A stretch of DNA of 63,394 bases, filler included, from Octopus bimaculoides (lineage: Eukaryota), in assembly GCF_001194135.2 (NCBI RefSeq). It is 9 parts of 8 records of this genome, joined end to end, with 100 filler letters (N's around TTAATTAATTAA, not from the genome) between each part and the next. Parts side by side here need not be neighbours in the genome. Positions count along the whole stretch, not along the records: positions 1 to 6,443 come from NC_068989.1; positions 6,544 to 20,333 come from NC_068983.1; 7 more parts are not named here. One strand, 5' to 3'. Under the pieces are notes generated by a model. The model saw nothing but the letters and a program-made list of their open reading frames with translations. It made no database searches and had not been told where the DNA came from. Below, piece by piece: positions 1 to 13,109 of the stretch. The position numbers and the translations under genes are program-made. Within the stretch, counting starts at the first letter, position 1; each line of letters opens with the position of its first letter.

Positions 1-52
1 GGTTTGAGTGAGTATCCTGCTTCTTTTGTGGCTGCAGTGGCTGCCGCATATA

Positions 53-226
<174 letters not shown>

Positions 227-871
227 CATTGCCTTTGCACAGCTTCTAACGCTGGAGATGTATTACAGTGTCAGCTGTTCACTACCAGTGAACTAAGGTA
301 ACACCTCTTATTTTTCGAGTACCTTCCGGAGTATTCGAGCGGTTCCAAGCAGTGCTGTTTCCTACAAATGCTCCAGACATTACTGCTTGACAACTGGTGT
401 GAGTTTGTTTACGGCCTCGTAACTTGGCGTTTGGGGCAAAGACACTGATTGATTAAGAACAAGACTTTCAAAACAAGCACTGGAGGCGTTTTCTTCGACT
501 AAAAATTTCAATACGGTGCTTCAGCATGACCACAATCCTCCTGGCCAAAAGAAATGAATGAAAATATACGTACACTTTTACACACACATATTTACATATT
601 TATAATGTCAGGATATATATGTTGAATCATTGGTGTAATCATGATTTTCTCGTGATCTGATGAGCTAGTTATCTGTGTCTGTATTGATTGGTGATTATGC
701 AATTGTATTGTATTGTACATAGCATGTATGCTAATGCAAACATAGAAAAACAATTTTATTTCACACTGAAATTATTACTACATGAAGACGGCTGGGAAAC
801 GGTCGTAATCGTGACGATGTCAAGTGGTTAAATAAATATATTTATTTCTCATATCTCCTGACTTCTTTTTT

Positions 872-875
<4 letters not shown>

Positions 876-903
<28 letters not shown>

Positions 904-922
904 CATACACGCACACACGCAC

Positions 923-986
<64 letters not shown>
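876..986. repeat. (TCTA)n plus (CA)n microsatellites
   Basis: Directly visible. Dozens of further (TA)n/(CA)n/(TG)n/(GA)n tracts occur throughout, mostly beside gaps. Confidence 0.97.
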
Positions 987-987
<1 letters not shown>

Positions 988-2499
988 GATTCATGTAGCC
1001 ATAAGTTCGCAAACGAAGACAAAATTCCTCACGTAGAATTTGCATACTTTATTAGTAACTAAATGTTCTTGAACATAGTTTCACATTACTGAGCAAAGAA
1101 TGAAGGAACTAGGGAAGCTTTAGAAGATTCTGTAAGCACAAAACATCTAAAAGCCTATTTGAATTTCACTCGATAATCGAGATTTCATTGGTTGTCAAAA
1201 AACATGAGAAATGGATCACTCAAACATCTTTTTTGATTATTAATCGCAACACAGAAAACCTATTTATTCATCAATTTTAGTAGGTATTTAAAATTTCAAC
1301 ATTCATCTTCGCTTCTTGAACACTTGCACACCACGTCGTCGACCACCTTAAAAGGTTTTATTCAGAAACGAAGTGAGTTGCGAACATATTGAGGAATTTC
1401 TTGCATAGCATTCGAAGATGAACACAAGTAAGCAAATAAATAAATAAATAAATGAATGAAGTAGGGTATAAACATAGAAAATAGATCAATCGACAACTAT
1501 CGACGAAAGATATTTGTGTAAGAAAAAGTTTGACGTACGCTTACTATACGTGTTTTAACAACAGTTTTTTTAAAGTATTTTAGCAGAAATATTATCGAAA
1601 ATTATTGCAGCGATAAAGCACGGGAAAACGCGTACAGAGAGTAACAAAATAACTTATCAAATATGTTATTTTATGTCTGAGTGTATGTTTGTGTATGGAA
1701 AGTTGGTTTTTGTGTGTATGTGTCTGTGTGGAATATTTCTGGTGCGGGATGTGGTAAGACAAGAGGACTTATGAACGCTGAAACCGCTTAGGTTTGAAGC
1801 ACACTTATATGTGTGTGTTTCATTGGATATGTTTTTGCACGTGCGTGTGTATTATATGGGTATTTGTATTTATTGAAACGTATATGTGCGTATGTATGAC
1901 TTTGAGAGCGTATGTGTTGTGTTGGTTTCTCTCCTGAGAAGCATGTGCATGTGCGCCTGTGTGTCTTTTGGGATGCACGCCTGTCTTTGTTTATCAGTAG
2001 AAGCCTTGTGATGGCGGTTATTGTATGCATCTATTAAAAAGGAAGGAAATGAAAATGTCTTTTCCTTTATATGTGTTCTGAAAACAAGCTATTGTACGGG
2101 GAAGAATGTGTCAGATGTATTGAATTACTGTAGCTCATTTGTTTTGACATAGGAGATTTATGTGTACGAGAGGTCAATCTAACCTTATCTCCGGTTCAGA
2201 TGAGAAATATTTCTAGAGGACTGAAAATAAAGAAAGGAAAAGAAAATGAGAATGCCTTGTTCTATCGGGATCTCATGTTACCGCTGTTGGAATGTATTAT
2301 GGTATTTAAAGGGGCTCGTGTGGAGACATTTAAATGTAAGAACACGCAAAATGGGATTCAACTCTTACAATAATACAATAATCTACAGACAACGTGTTTT
2401 ATTGAATTTTCAAACCAACAATAACATAATTAATTACATAAATATTTTTATAAATTAGCATCAAATCTTAACTTAGGCGACAGAGTAGTCAGCACTAAA

Positions 2500-2800
2500 A
2501 GAAAAAAAAATATTATGAAGGATCACCAGCCCAATATCAAAATATACTAAAAAATATACTAAAAAATCAGAGTTGTCAAACCAATTGATACCAAATTAAG
2601 AAGAACATGTAATATCAGAAAGGAGAAAATAACAGAATAATCCACAAACGTTCTATATCAGCACATTGGAACATTTGTTCATCAATTCTACACCCTCAGA
2701 CAGTCAAGAATGTTATTCACTCATTTTGATATTATCACATACTACACTTCTATAATAGAGAACTATTACTAAGATTTCTAGAAAAACTCCAGCCCACTAT
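2500..2800 (+). pseudogene. Degenerate Penelope-like RT fragment
   Basis: Manual translation with stops and frameshifts gives KDHQPNIK..RVVKPID and LFTHFDIITYYTSI, resembling the PLE RT motifs KDHKxNF..RLINP and FIQFDIxxFYPSI. Confidence 0.4.
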
Positions 2801-3299
2801 CATAGTGAGTGTCATATAAATATTACTGTAGGCCTCTACCAAAAAAAAAAACAACCCTCTTCTTTAAAACCGTAGGATTGAAAACTACAAAACATCTAAT
2901 ATAATTAATGCGAAAACTAATTTCTGTGTATCAGTGTGTCATACTTAGACACCCCCTCTTTCACTATTCTGTGACACTCCTACTATTACTCATGCTGGGG
3001 TGAGAGTAATAATAGGCATAGAGATGGTGAGGGTGGTGGCAAGGACAGATAGAGAAAGAAAAGAGAGAGGGAGAGAAAGAGTGACAAAGAAGTTTAGGGA
3101 GAGTTGATGTTTTATTAAAAGTAGTAGTGCTGATGGCGGCAGTGGGAGTAATAATAAACGAGAAAGAAAGAGAGCGTATGTAAGAGAAACAGGGAGTTGA
3201 TGTACAACTTTGCTTAACCATGTACAACTTTGCTTAAACATATCTCATATAATAAATGTGAATGTCAGTGTGCCACACATTTTCAACTTTGATAAATCA

Positions 3300-3486
3300 T
3301 TTCTACTGAAATCGCAACGCCTCAAATTTGGGGAGGGGGGAGAGATTATGTCGATTACATCGACTCTAGTACGTAACAGGTACTAATTTTATCGACCCCG
3401 AAAGGATGAAAGGCAAAGTCGACCTCAGCGGAATTCAAACTAAAAACCTTACGGCAGACAAAATACCGTGCTAACTTATCACCTTA
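3300..3486 (-). mobile_element. tRNA-derived SINE, family A (internally deleted copy)
   Basis: Matches other copies in the window: B-box-like GTTTGAATTCC and the body CCTTTCATCCTTTCGGGGTCGATAAAATTAGTACC. Confidence 0.85.
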
Positions 3487-3639
3487 ATATAATAATATAA
3501 TATAATATAATATAATATAATATAATATAATATAATATAGTATAATATATTATAATAAATGTGAATGTCAGTATGGCAGTGTGTCACACTTTTTCAACTT
3601 TATTCCTAGAGGCCGTAGCCCAAAATATCATACCATTTT

Positions 3640-3860
3640 GGAATCAGGTTGACTCCGTGAGAAAATTAAGAACATTCCGGGCTGAATCCAGACCTATAAT
3701 CCTGAAATTTTGGATTCCTATGTTTTCATCACTGCGATTGTTTTATGATTTTTTGCGACGAATGTGATCATCATTGGCATATGACTCTTGAGGAAGCAAT
3801 TGCAACAAATTCTCCAAAACAAGTCAACGACCTCTTTGCAGATCTTCCCATTCAGGGTCA
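3640..3860 (+). pseudogene. Helitron Rep-helicase linker relic
   Basis: 3761-3850 reads ECDHHWHMTLEEAIATNSPKQVNDLFADL, resembling the Helitron RepHel motif DDxEWxxxLxEAxxxxxPxQLRxLFAxIL. Confidence 0.45.
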
Positions 3861-4151
3861 GTTGCTTAAAAGCTTTTAAGATAGTAACACATATTTTATC
3901 TGAGATTCAGAGATTCGGATGATATTTCAAATCGAAATAAATTATATATTTTAAACTTAATTCAAATATTCCACACCCCCAACGGATTTGTTTGCAGAAA
4001 TTAGTGTTTGTTAATTTCTAGAAATATAAACATATAAATTCATGAAGGCCCTTAGTTCCCTCAAGTTGAAAATTACAGTAAATATAACTAATTACTTGAG
4101 TATAAAGTTAAATCATTATGAAAATCCAAGCAACTCAAAGATACACACACA

Positions 4152-4234
<83 letters not shown>

Positions 4235-4559
4235 CATAATTCAAACCAACTAGTTTAGGTTCTTGGAAATTTACCGAATAGTTTGATAAAAAGTACACTA
4301 GAAAAGTCATGTCAAAGCGTTATTTAATAGAGAAAGAAAAATAAAAAAAGCGATGCACTGCTGTTTGATTGTTTATAGCAAAATCATGAAAATTCATGAA
4401 CGCACACAACTAGGAACGAGAAATTTCTATTGAATGTCCACTTGGCATAATTTAACATTTTCTGTATCAATAAGTACCCACTACTCACTCGAACAATATT
4501 TGACCCAAGCACATTTCGAATTAGCTAGTAAAATATCAGGTAGTAAAAGCGTAGTAAGG

Positions 4560-5010
4560 CACGCCTAACAACCATTAATAACAAGAAAATACAGAATGAT
4601 TCCAACTAACAAAACTCAACGAACAATAGAAGACAAAAATGCAATTACCACTATTAAAACGTATACCTAATCAATAGAACTGTCAGGAAAATGTTAAATA
4701 CTTTCAGACAGATTAATCTAAAAACACTGACTATATTGGGTACCTAATTTAACACTATAGTTACATACACAGAGCACTGCATTAGTGATACATATATCCC
4801 AGATAAAATAGAATATACATTCTCACATTTTGATATCAACGAATACAAAAACATCTCGTCCATAATAAAAGTAATTACTAAATTTCCTAGATTTGGTACA
4901 ACATTAGCCTATCATCACAGATGGCGACATAGAAACATTAATATTTGTCAGACAATCAATCGTCCTATTTAATGACGGTTGTAACTTTCGTTAAAAAGGC
5001 TAGATATAAA
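4560..5010 (+). pseudogene. Degenerate Penelope-like RT fragment
   Basis: Reads TFSHFDINEYKNISS and ITDGDIETLIFVRQSIVLFNDG, resembling PLE RT FDIxxFYPSI...DIxIIxHARKSLLFNxG. Many stops. Confidence 0.45.
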
Positions 5011-5046
5011 AGCAGTCACAAATATTTAGTTTTCGAAAAATGAGAA

Positions 5047-6122
5047 TTCGAGGGTTAGCAGAAAATTTCACAGGCTGACCAAGGTACTCTCATGAAATGT
5101 AACCAGATGAGATTTGCTTTTCAGCATAGTCCCTCTTGCGGTCTACACATTTCTTCCACCAGTGTTGAAGTGCTTGAATCCCATTGGTGAAGAAATTTTC
5201 ATGCTGTTGGTAAGAAAGTAATCATCAGCAGATTTGACGTCAGCGTCATTTCGATACTGGTTCCCAGACAAGTGCTTTTTTTTTCATAATGAAGAAAATA
5301 TGATTATCGGATGGAGCCAAATCAGGAGAATACGAACGGTGATCAACCAGTTTGAAACCACTGCCACGCACAGTAGCCATTGAAACCAAGAATTTGTGTG
5401 TTGGAGAATTAACCTGATGAAACAAGTTCACTTTCGTCAGTTTTCCTGGGAGTTAGGTATTGATAGCGCTTCGTAACTGCCTCAGCATGTTGGCATAGCA
5501 CTCTCCATACATGTGATATTTTTGAGTGCCTCAAAACTGAGATCACCAGCATCTCTGCAGATGAAATGACTTTGGTCTACTTTGGAACACTGCGTGGATT
5601 GTCCCTTCTTGAAAGTGATGAAGCAAACACTCAGTTTCTGTTAGGAAATGTTCAAGGAAATCAGATGGATGTGTCTGAAACAACGTCACATTTATCTGTG
5701 ATGTGATCAACTTAGTTCACTTTTGTTCAGGTGCTAAAAAACGTGGCAAGACGTCCAGACCTTGGGTAAACTCCAAGACTCTCCTTTCCTCTCCGTAATT
5801 CAGCTGCCCTCTTTTGCAACGTTGACAAAGCTGGAACATCATCCCCTAATGTAGCAATCATATCAGCATGAATGTCCTTGGGTAGCTAAACCCTTTTGCT
5901 ACAGGTACCTGATAACACTACAAAGCCAGGTTTTGTCCATTTTCAAGAGAAGTCGCACCTATTTACTTTTGAAGTCTTTTGTGAAATGTCAGATGTGCGT
6001 TTATCTGGAAGGTAATAACGCAGATATTATTAAGAAGAGTTGAAATTATTGTGTGCAAGATTTCACAGCCCAAGCATTACTCCTTCATAATCAGCTTATG
6101 AATTTTTCGCCTACGCTTGTAT
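5047..6122 (-). mobile_element. Decayed mariner transposon with transposase pseudogene
   Basis: Minus strand has an N-terminus MDK...SVIRYL.QKGL...LE.YPRSGR and the C-terminal motif YSPDLAPSD (ORF 5246-5431). Degenerate ~30-bp TIRs at 5047-5078 and 6091-6122. Confidence 0.85.
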
Positions 6123-6443
6123 AATATCTATATGGAGATCTTGAGATGGCGTAACATTTACAGAAATAGATTAAATGTTTCTTCTCTCTTAGTATTCCGT
6201 CTAAAGTTATACAAACTAAGAAACCCTTAAATAAGTATGCAAAATAAATCAATTCACATCATCACACGCAGAGATACCTCCTTAAATGCCATCTGCAGAA
6301 AATGCAACACCAGATTCCAATAAAACAAGTATTCTTCAAATATTTGACGACACAGCTAGAAGTTACGGTACACATACACACATATATATATATACATACA
6401 TACATACATACATACATACATACATACATACATACATACATAC

Positions 6444-6543
6444 NNNNNNNNNNNNNNNNNNNNNNNNNNNNNNNNNNNNNNNNNNNNTTAATTAATTAAN
6501 NNNNNNNNNNNNNNNNNNNNNNNNNNNNNNNNNNNNNNNNNNN
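6444..6543. other. Assembly gap joiner N44-TTAATTAATTAA-N44 (also at 20378, 40633, 46760, 52664, 58687, 60971, 62215)
   Basis: Identical 12-mer, with stops in all six frames, centred in 100-nt N blocks; artificial. Confidence 0.95.
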
Positions 6544-6593
<50 letters not shown>

Positions 6594-6639
6594 ACATATA
6601 TTTGTATGCAGAAAATGTGTGTGTATCTATGTGTGTATC

Positions 6640-7730
6640 ATCATCATAATCATTTAACATCTGTTTTCCATGCTGGCATAGTTTCTATGGCTGGATTTTC
6701 TTCATAACACCAACCACTCCAAGAGTGTAGTGGATGTTTTTTATGTGCCACTGACACAGGTGCCATTGACATGACACCTGCATTAGCCACAACTACAATC
6801 TCACTTGGCTTGACAGGTTTTCTCAAACACAGTATATTACCAAAGGTCTTGGTCACCTGTCACTGCCTCTGTGAAGCCCAATGCTCGAACAGTGCTTCTT
6901 ATGTGCTACCAGCATGGGTGCCAGTCATATGGCACTGGCATCAGTCATGACTATGGTTGCACTTGGCTTGACAGGCCTTCTCAAGCACATCATATCGCAA
7001 CACTTGAAGGGTGCTTTTCACATGCCAGTTACATGACACTGGCATCGGCTACAACTATGATATCACTTGGCTTCCTGGGTCTTCTCAAGCACAGCATATC
7101 ACCAAAAGTCTCAGTCACTTGTCATTGCCTCCATGAGGTGCAACATTCGAAGATCATGCTTCACCGTCTTGTCCCATGTCTTCCTGGGTCTACATCTTCC
7201 ACAGGTTTTCTCCACAGTTATAGACGGGCACTTCTTTACACAATTGTCCTTGTCCATACACATCACATGACCATACCAGCACAGTCATCTCTCTTGCACA
7301 TCACATCTGATGCCTCTTATACCCAACTTCTCTCTCAGGATGCTTACACTCTGTTGTGCATGCACATCATTGCACATCAAACGAAGCATACGAGCTTTAT
7401 TTCTTTCAAGCCTATGCATGTCCTTGGCGGTCACTGCCCATGTTTCACTGCTGTGTAGCATGGCTGTTTGCATACAGGCATCATACAGTTTGCCTTTCAC
7501 TCTGAGAGAGAGGCCCTTTATTACCAGTAGAAGGAGGAGCTTTCTAAACTTTGTCCAGCCTATTCTTATTCTAGCAGCTATGCTCTCACAGTATCCACTC
7601 CTGCTACTGACTTGGTCACCTAGGTAACGGAAGCAATCAACTACTTTTAAGTATTCCCCCTGGCATTTAATGGAGTCTATTTTCTGTACATTTTTAGTGT
7701 TTATTATACCTGTGCACCTTCCATACACAA
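6640..7730 (-). mobile_element. 5'-truncated RTE-clade LINE (RT C-terminus, 3'UTR, (TGA)n tail)
   Basis: ORF 7285-7728 has FRYLGDQVS...RIRIGWTKFRKL...KGKLYDAC..AMLHSSETW, typical of the RTE thumb region. Ends GCCAGCATGGAAAACAGATGTTAAATGATTATGATGATG. Confidence 0.88.
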
Positions 7731-10311
7731 AAACTATTTTCCCTATTAACCTTCCTCTAATATTGCTGCATCTCTTATGTGTCCATAGCTTACACTAGTT
7801 ACATCTTATGGAGTTTTTACCTATGCCTTTTCTACAGATTGAGCAGGGCCATCTACCTGAAGGGATTTATCAAAACTGAATACTTGGTCAGCTCTCTAGT
7901 CATAGCCATTCTGTCTTTAATAGGGGACACAATATCCTTAATTTTCAGACTTTAAAAATATCTTATTTCAGTCATATAGATGGTAAGTAACTTGTTGAAA
8001 GACTCTTTCATCAATTATGATATAGGTAATCATTTTCAATTATAATCTTGCAAAAACTTCTATTGTCTTGGGAGGGTTGTTACACCAATAATAAGAATTA
8101 ATCTTATACCTGTGTATGTATGTCTGTATGTGTGTATGTAGAAGTGTGTTTGCTTACAAGAGAAAGTAAGGGTGAGAGTAAATAAAGAGTCTGTGTGTGC
8201 GTTTGTGTGTACACTCATGTAACTGCCTGTATGTGCATTGTATTTGTGAGTGTGAGTGCATTTGCTATCCATGACCTCTTTAAGGATTTGGGCTTTTGTT
8301 CAAGGTCAGTTTATCTCAGGGATTCATTTGTCATCCTGTAAAGATTTAGGGATGTAGTTCCTTATGTAGAGAGGTGTAGGAGAGGTGTGTGTGTGAGCAT
8401 CTGCATGAGTGTGCATGTGCATGTGTATATCTGATTTGTCTTTGTTTAAAAAATTACAATGGTTTCGTTGAAAGAAATAGCCACTATGTATAAATCATTT
8501 TTATTTGTCTTTTATCCTCTTGTATCAATTTGAGAAATTATTATTATAATTAATGTTTTTATTCTTAAATATTTTATCATTTAATTTGGTTTTTTATTAT
8601 GAATTTTATTGAATCATTAAAATAAAGTTGCTTGTGTCCAGATACTTGAGAAGACCGATAGATTAACTATTTTTAATTTGTTGTTTTTTAGCCAAAGTCT
8701 AACCTAGCAGACAGAATCAAAAGCATTCCAGTTGTGGCTGTTTTATATGTTTTCCTCCAGTAATTATATATATAGGATTACATTATGAAAGGATATGAGT
8801 TTTGGAAGAGCATAAAATTGAGGCAGACATGGTTGCTATTTAAGCAGCTTGAGCAACCATGTAGATGCTCCTTTCATTGATTCATAATGACATAAAAGCT
8901 CTCACAATGAGCTCATAATAATATAGAGGCTCTTTTATCAAATCAGTGCCAAAGGAGCTCACTGATTCATAATGGTGTAGAAATATTCTCATCAGTTTTG
9001 GCTGTGCTGTGACTGTCTCACTGAGCATGGAACTATGTAGAGGCTCCTTTTGTTGATAATTCTCACTCATTGTTGATGCTGTAGTGTTGCTGACACTCTT
9101 ATACCCATGTTCACCAGATGTTAGTCAATGCCACAGGTTATTGAGGAATTATAGATTATTGTAGAATTGCTTCATAGCTGTAGTGTTGATTCAAATCCAT
9201 CTCTAGCTTAAGTTGGAGTGTGATAGCAGACTGTTTTAGATACACTATTTGAAGACAAAGTCTTCAGTGACACTTGTGTATCCTAGTGGACAAAATAAGC
9301 CATTCATTCAAGCAAGTCCAAGGTCTACATTCTTAACAAATTTTGGAGGAAGGAGAATACTTGATTAAATCAAATCCCAATACACAAACTAATTTCATCC
9401 AGATTTGACATTCTCATTACACTGATTTCTAATGAAGATACCAAGCAAATTTGGGAAAAGAGTGAAGTCAACTAGTTCAGTCCCAGTACTTGATAATACT
9501 CAATTCATCAACCTCAGAAAAATGAGAGACAAGGTTGATTCTGGCAGGATATCAACTAAAGATGTAAAGAGCAGTAACCATATACCACAACATATTAGGT
9601 CTGCCCCACTTCTGATTGCGGTTCCATGTATCCATTACCATTTCTTTCTGGTTATAATTATTAAAAACTCAGTTACAATAACAATAAAAGTAATATTAAC
9701 CTACTTTTGCGAGATGTACTGATGGAGCTGTCCAATAATTTTAACTTCTGCACCAGTGGAGCCTGGTAGTGGCTTTTCTGAATGTACCACCAAGCAAATT
9801 TACTGCTGTACTGAATCAACCTAGAAATATAGATAAAGTTATAAAATATGAACTATTAGTCAAAGTAACATACAGAAAATGTGTAGTAGTACTTATTTTA
9901 TTGATCTGGAGAAATAAAAGGAATATTAATAATTTCTTACACTGGCCAAGAATCACAACTTAATCAACACCAGAATTTAAGCAGTACTTATTTTATTGAC
10001 TACTCCACTCTACCTCAAAGTCATGAATGTATGAAAAACAAAATTTTAATGTTTCATTATACAAGAAATAAGTAGACTCAGCAAAAATAATAAGAAAGTA
10101 GAAATATAGGACTTACAACAAAATACATAACAAAAAAGAAATCTGAGGCACCACCTTCAGAGATTAATGTCCAAGGCCTATTGTGTCATCTCTGTGTATA
10201 TCTTGGCACCAATGGTCTTTTTCTTTTTTTTTTCTGATTTTTCAGTGCACATAACATCTCTAGTTTGATCAGAAATTAGTGATGTGTACGGTTATCATAG
10301 GTAGTGTACAT

Positions 10312-13109
10312 AGACAGGGATCTGGTTACTGGAAGCTAAACAAGACTATTTTGGCTTGTGAGGCATATTGTAACTGGATTAAGGAGTTAAACAGGTGGTG
10401 GTTGGCCTTCAAACAAGCCATCCATTTAGAGTCAATTAGGTTTAGTCATCAGCTAAGCATATATAGAGCTAGAATAGAGGGCAACTTACTTAAGGATTTA
10501 GAAGAGGCGTTAAGATTGAGCTCTGCACCCCATGTTGTAGCAGCAAGATTGGCCTTGGACCAACACCTCAAAGCTAAGCAGGAGGGATGTAGAGTTCGGG
10601 CAAAAGTATGTGTGTTGAGGCATGAGGGAACTAGCGTTGCCAGATGGGCCCATATGGTAGAGACCCAGCATGGCGATAGTGCCGCAATTAGGTATTTGGT
10701 AAACGAGCAAGAGTGTTTGGTCAAAGAACAGGAAAAGATGAGTGAGGCCTTTTATGAGCATTTTGCCCAATTGTCTGGGAGGAGCAGGACGCTAGACCAT
10801 GGTGAGTCCCTTCAGGACTTCCTGAATGGCAGCCCACATTTCTCGGCATGAGAGGCTGAGTGCTGTGAAGGACCGATCAGAGCCGAAGAGGTCATCAAGG
10901 AACTTTCTGAGTGCCCTGGGGAGAAGCCGCCGGGACTTGATGGTCTGCCTTATGAGTTTTATCCAAGTATGCCAGACGTTCGAGCACCTATTGGCCAAAG
11001 TATGCCAACTGGCAGCAGAATGGGAGTATTCCCAAAGCTGTGAGCCAGAGTGTGATGACTCTGGTCAAAAAGTACCTGAACAAGGGGGATAAAATTAGCA
11101 ACTTAAGGCCCATAACTCTGTTAGACACAGAGTTTAAGATTTTGGCCAAGGTATTAGCAAAAAGGTTGGCGTGGGTCATGGGCGATTTTGTCAGGGAGGC
11201 GCAAACTTGTGCCGTTCCCGGCAGGTCAATACTCGACAATCTCCACCTTATTCGCTCCACCTTCGAGCAGGTCAGGAAAATTACTGGCAAAGGAGAGGCA
11301 CTGGTGCATTTAGACCAGTCTAAAGCTTTCAATAGGGTCGACCATCGGTACCTGGCAGCAGTTCTTGGGGCAGCTGGGCTGGACCCGACTTTCCAAGGTT
11401 GGATCGCTGCTATATACAGCAACATCAAGTCTGTCGTCTGTGTGAATGGTTTCCTTTCAAAACCATTCGAGATATGGTACTCTGTTTGCCAGGGATGTCC
11501 CCTGTGCCTGCTTTTGTATGTGCTGGCTCTTGAACCATTGCTGCAAAGGTTGGAGGCTATGGGGGGGGGGGGACAACCCACGTGATCTGAGTGGAGGGAA
11601 GACAGTAACTGTGAACATGGATGACGTCACCATCATCGTGTCAGACGAAGGGCAGCTACCTTGTGTAGAAAACGCCATCAGAATATACAAAGCAGTAGCA
11701 GGAGCAAGTATTAATCAGGATAAGTCGATCGGCTTGCAACTCGGCACCTGGAAGGGCAAGTCGATGTCATCCAATAACATCGTGGGACATTGGACAGAAG
11801 GTCCTGTTAAGATTCTAGGGATCAAGTTTGGTCCAGACTTCCAAATAGAGAAGAAATGGGGTGAGGTCACAAGCTAGGTAACAGCCCTAACCCATACCTG
11901 GTATGGAAGGGTGTTATCACTGCTAGAGAGGGCGGAGGTAGCATGGGTGTAAATTGCATCCATTATCACCTACCCTCTGACAGTCATGCCTTGTCCAGAT
12001 TCATGGCTAGGCAAGTTGGAGAAACTCCTCTTTCGCTTTTTGTGGAAGGGGAGGCCACTTGTAAGGTGCTCTATCTGCTGCCAGAACCATTAAAAGGTGG
12101 ATTAGGAATGCCATGGCTGAAGATGTGCAAATTTGCACTGAGGCTTAGGCATCTCTGGCATCACCTGGATGATGAGCAGATGTGGTCACCGCTCATAATG
12201 TTCTTCCTTTCACAGTTAACCTCCCTTCAGGATTTAGGTCCATGGATCAGTCGAAGACCTAGGCTGGGTGAGTGGCAATTGGAGTGTCGACGGGCACTCA
12301 GGCTTCTCTCTCGGGCGGGCAATGCTGGCAGTTGGAGTTCCACTGTGGACTTTTATAACGGGTTTGTGGAATACATGTCTGACGATGTTCTGGAAGAGAC
12401 TCTGGGCTTCGATAGAAATGAGTTGGTCAACCTGTTCAGGAGGACTTTCGAGCTGGGGTATCCCAGAAATCCCTGGCCTGGTTGTGCTATCAATTGGCTT
12501 TACTTGTTCGAGAAAGGTTGTCGAGGCATGGTTGTATCATCCCGCTGACATGCCTGAGGTGCGGGCGGGATAGTGAAACAGTTCTGCATACCTTCGTGGA
12601 GTGTGCAGAGTTAAAGGGATTGATAACCTATGTCGAACAACTGTTGTCAATGAAAAGACAAATACAGCTATCAGCTGAATCAATTATCAAGATTGTTCCA
12701 CCTCCTTCTCTTAATAGGGAGAGGAGGGACAGTTTTTCTGCATACAGTGTGGAAGACAGGCGCAAAAGGGATTGTGACAGATACCTTCATTTCTGGCCAG
12801 GGTATAGTTAATTACTTTAACTATCACCTAAAAAGTAAGATCCATAGCATGTTTCGGAAAAGATGGATGAACGTAGTGAGAAAGTTAGTAATGGATGGAA
12901 CCAGCTAAGCTCAGCTGCCCTAAATGGAATAAAGGAAACATTGGTCAATAGCAGTGGGCCTATGAGCCCAGGTAAATTACATTTTTAAACGATTATATTG
13001 AACTACAATTTTGTAAAAAAAAAAAAAGGAAAATGCATTCTTAAATGTTTGTCTGTCTTTGTATTGTCCCCCCTGTGTTGAGTCCTTAGTGGCCAAATAA
13101 AGAAATAAG
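10312..13109 (+). mobile_element. 5'-truncated Tx1/L1-clade non-LTR retrotransposon, frameshifted ORF2
   Basis: GSGYWKLN, PGLDGLPYEFY, NLRPITLLDTEFKILAKVLAKRL, LDQSKAFNRVDH, QGCPL, MDDVTII and C-terminal CLRC..ETVLHTFVEC. Near-TSD AGTGTACAT (10303-10311) / AGTGTCAT (13110-13117). Confidence 0.92.

Noticed and set aside
6488-6499. Recurring TTAATTAATTAA motif (8 copies) as a biological repeat
   Set aside because: Always centred in exactly 100-nt N blocks; an artificial six-frame-stop contig joiner.
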